The notes below the pieces were generated by a model, which was not told where the DNA came from, searched no databases, and saw only the letters and a list, made by a program, of their open reading frames with translations. The position numbers were made by a program, and so were the translations under genes. A stretch of DNA of 64,000 nucleotides from a virus (lineage: Duplodnaviria; Caudoviricetes): the IMG/VR virus record IMGVR_UViG_3300027996_003878; one strand, 5' to 3'. Below, one piece after another: positions 62,854 through 64,000 of this stretch (positions are counted from its first letter, which is position 1; the number at the start of each line of letters is the position of its first letter).

Positions 62854-63870
62854 TTAACAATTCTCCCTTAATTCAGAATAATTAAATTCTTTTTTATCAA
62901 ATTCCTTTATGTAACTTTCTAACTCTTTAAATGAAAGCTTCATTAAACCTTTTTCTTCTTTCGTTAACGCTTGTCTACTTTTTAATTTCATAATATTAAT
63001 TCCACCTTGCTTTGAGTAATATATTTTAAATAAATTATCGTTACTAAAATTTATATTTCCGCTTTTAACGTATAGATTATTACATTTATCTTTTTTAGCA
63101 GTAAACTTACTACACTCACTAAGCAATACTTCGCAAGTACTACTGCCGAAAGGAACGCTAAAGCTCAACAATGTAGGTCGCGCATAGTGCTGTTTAAAAT
63201 TATAACCAATGACAGGAAACCAATAAGTTGTTTTTACAATTGGTAGATTTTTACTACAAAATTTACAATTATCTCCCTCACAATAAAGCAGGCTCATCGA
63301 TGAGTCATGAATATCTTGATGATACTTTTCACACCAATATTCTCCAATCAATTTAAACCCAAGCTCTGTAGGAAATATACTATGGTTAGCGCTGGCGCAA
63401 TGAATGTGTAAAATACTTCTAGAAGATCTAAGAATGTAAGGGCCTAACTCCTCTATCGAGGACGAGCTATATATATGAGAACCCGCAGGTGGTATGAACG
63501 GCTCTGCTTCAAGCGCAACTTCATCTCCATAACGAAAAGCGCGAAACCCAACTTTACACGCTAGTAGTATTCTTAAAGGAGCCTTGCTAAGCCTTAGCCT
63601 CCATTTAGTCTTACCATCTATGCCAGAGCCATAAGTTGCCGTAGCAATGACTCTATCTTCATGTTGTTTTATTGGATTTCGCGCTATAATTATAGAGCTT
63701 CTATCATTTATAATACTAAATTCTTCTCCCAAAACAGGAGATAAAAGATTAATACATGTCCGATCTAGCTCTAGACGACCATCTGATTGCAAAGCTACAA
63801 CAGAAATATATCTTCTATGAAGATCTTTCTTAATAGCTGATATTACTACATCTTTATTCGGCAACATCAA
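62854..63870 (-). CDS. Hypothetical protein: AbrB-like N-terminus plus a gp32-like Zn-containing C-terminus
   Basis: 338 aa. LQSDGRLEL...LGEEF.I...III; H...CEGDNCKFC...YWFPVI. Confidence 0.7.
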   Translation of the reverse strand: MMLPNKDVVISAIKKDLHRRYISVVALQSDGRLELDRTCINLLSPVLGEEFSIINDRSSIIIARNPIKQHEDRVIATATYGSGIDGKTKWRLRLSKAPLRILLACKVGFRAFRYGDEVALEAEPFIPPAGSHIYSSSSIEELGPYILRSSRSILHIHCASANHSIFPTELGFKLIGEYWCEKYHQDIHDSSMSLLYCEGDNCKFCSKNLPIVKTTYWFPVIGYNFKQHYARPTLLSFSVPFGSSTCEVLLSECSKFTAKKDKCNNLYVKSGNINFSNDNLFKIYYSKQGGINIMKLKSRQALTKEEKGLMKLSFKELESYIKEFDKKEFNYSELRENC

Positions 63871-63900
63871 ATTTCTTACACATAACTTACAAATTATTGT

Positions 63901-64000
63901 TTAATCAAATATATTTATAACAACAACCTGATGCTCATCTTCTTCCAGTTGTCTTTTTTTCTTAATATTCTCTAATCTTTCTAATTCTTCTTTTGTTTCA
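63901..64000 (-). CDS. C-terminal end of a gene that starts beyond the window
   Basis: Hand-translated ...ETKEELERLENIKKKRQLEEDEHQVVVINIFD-stop. Confidence 0.55.
   Translation of the reverse strand, partial: ETKEELERLENIKKKRQLEEDEHQVVVINIFD

Noticed and set aside
1-64000. CRISPR array, tRNA or rRNA genes
   Set aside because: No repeat-spacer periodicity or cloverleaf was found. Intergenic gaps are short, and the only tandem repeats are coding (12-bp and 18-bp units).
1-64000. Alternative genetic code (stop-codon reassignment)
   Set aside because: Conserved genes are full length in the standard bacterial code, genes tile the window densely, and TAA, TAG and TGA all end genes.

Overview
A 64-kb fragment of a large, AT-rich, tailed dsDNA bacteriophage with an HK97-type head. 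It is not a cellular chromosome: there are no rRNA, tRNA or metabolic operons, and nearly every credible gene is on the minus strand, the exception being a PIN-PhoH gene. About 1-40 kb is an unusually dilated head-morphogenesis region in canonical order (terminase large subunit, portal, protease-scaffold fusion, cement proteins, major capsid protein, fibres), with about 25 extra ORFans inserted. About 40-64 kb is a replication/recombination block (DnaE, split primase, gp32-like SSB, RecA, UvsY-like, RuvC, SbcCD, PD-(D/E)xK) interleaved with a host-like protein-biogenesis kit (IF3, peptide deformylase, trigger factor, DnaJ, thioredoxin). The strongest candidate for an undescribed system is a modular head-cargo loading and processing scheme. 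About 20 head-region proteins carry a recurring [LIVMF]-x-K-x-A motif (putative maturation-protease site). Many also share a helical-hairpin LxxxSxxLDxxGxxKxA module or an AHP module. Their payload domains are a GH73 muramidase, peptidoglycan-binding repeats, a Cx5R phosphatase, hydrophobic helices and an uncharacterised domain. Other leads are a CCA-type nucleotidyltransferase with a rewritten nucleotide-templating motif, an orphan Xre/MbcA/ParS antitoxin domain, a primase split over 17 kb, and a UUG-initiated IF3. All family assignments are from motif recognition by eye; no database searches or statistics were run.
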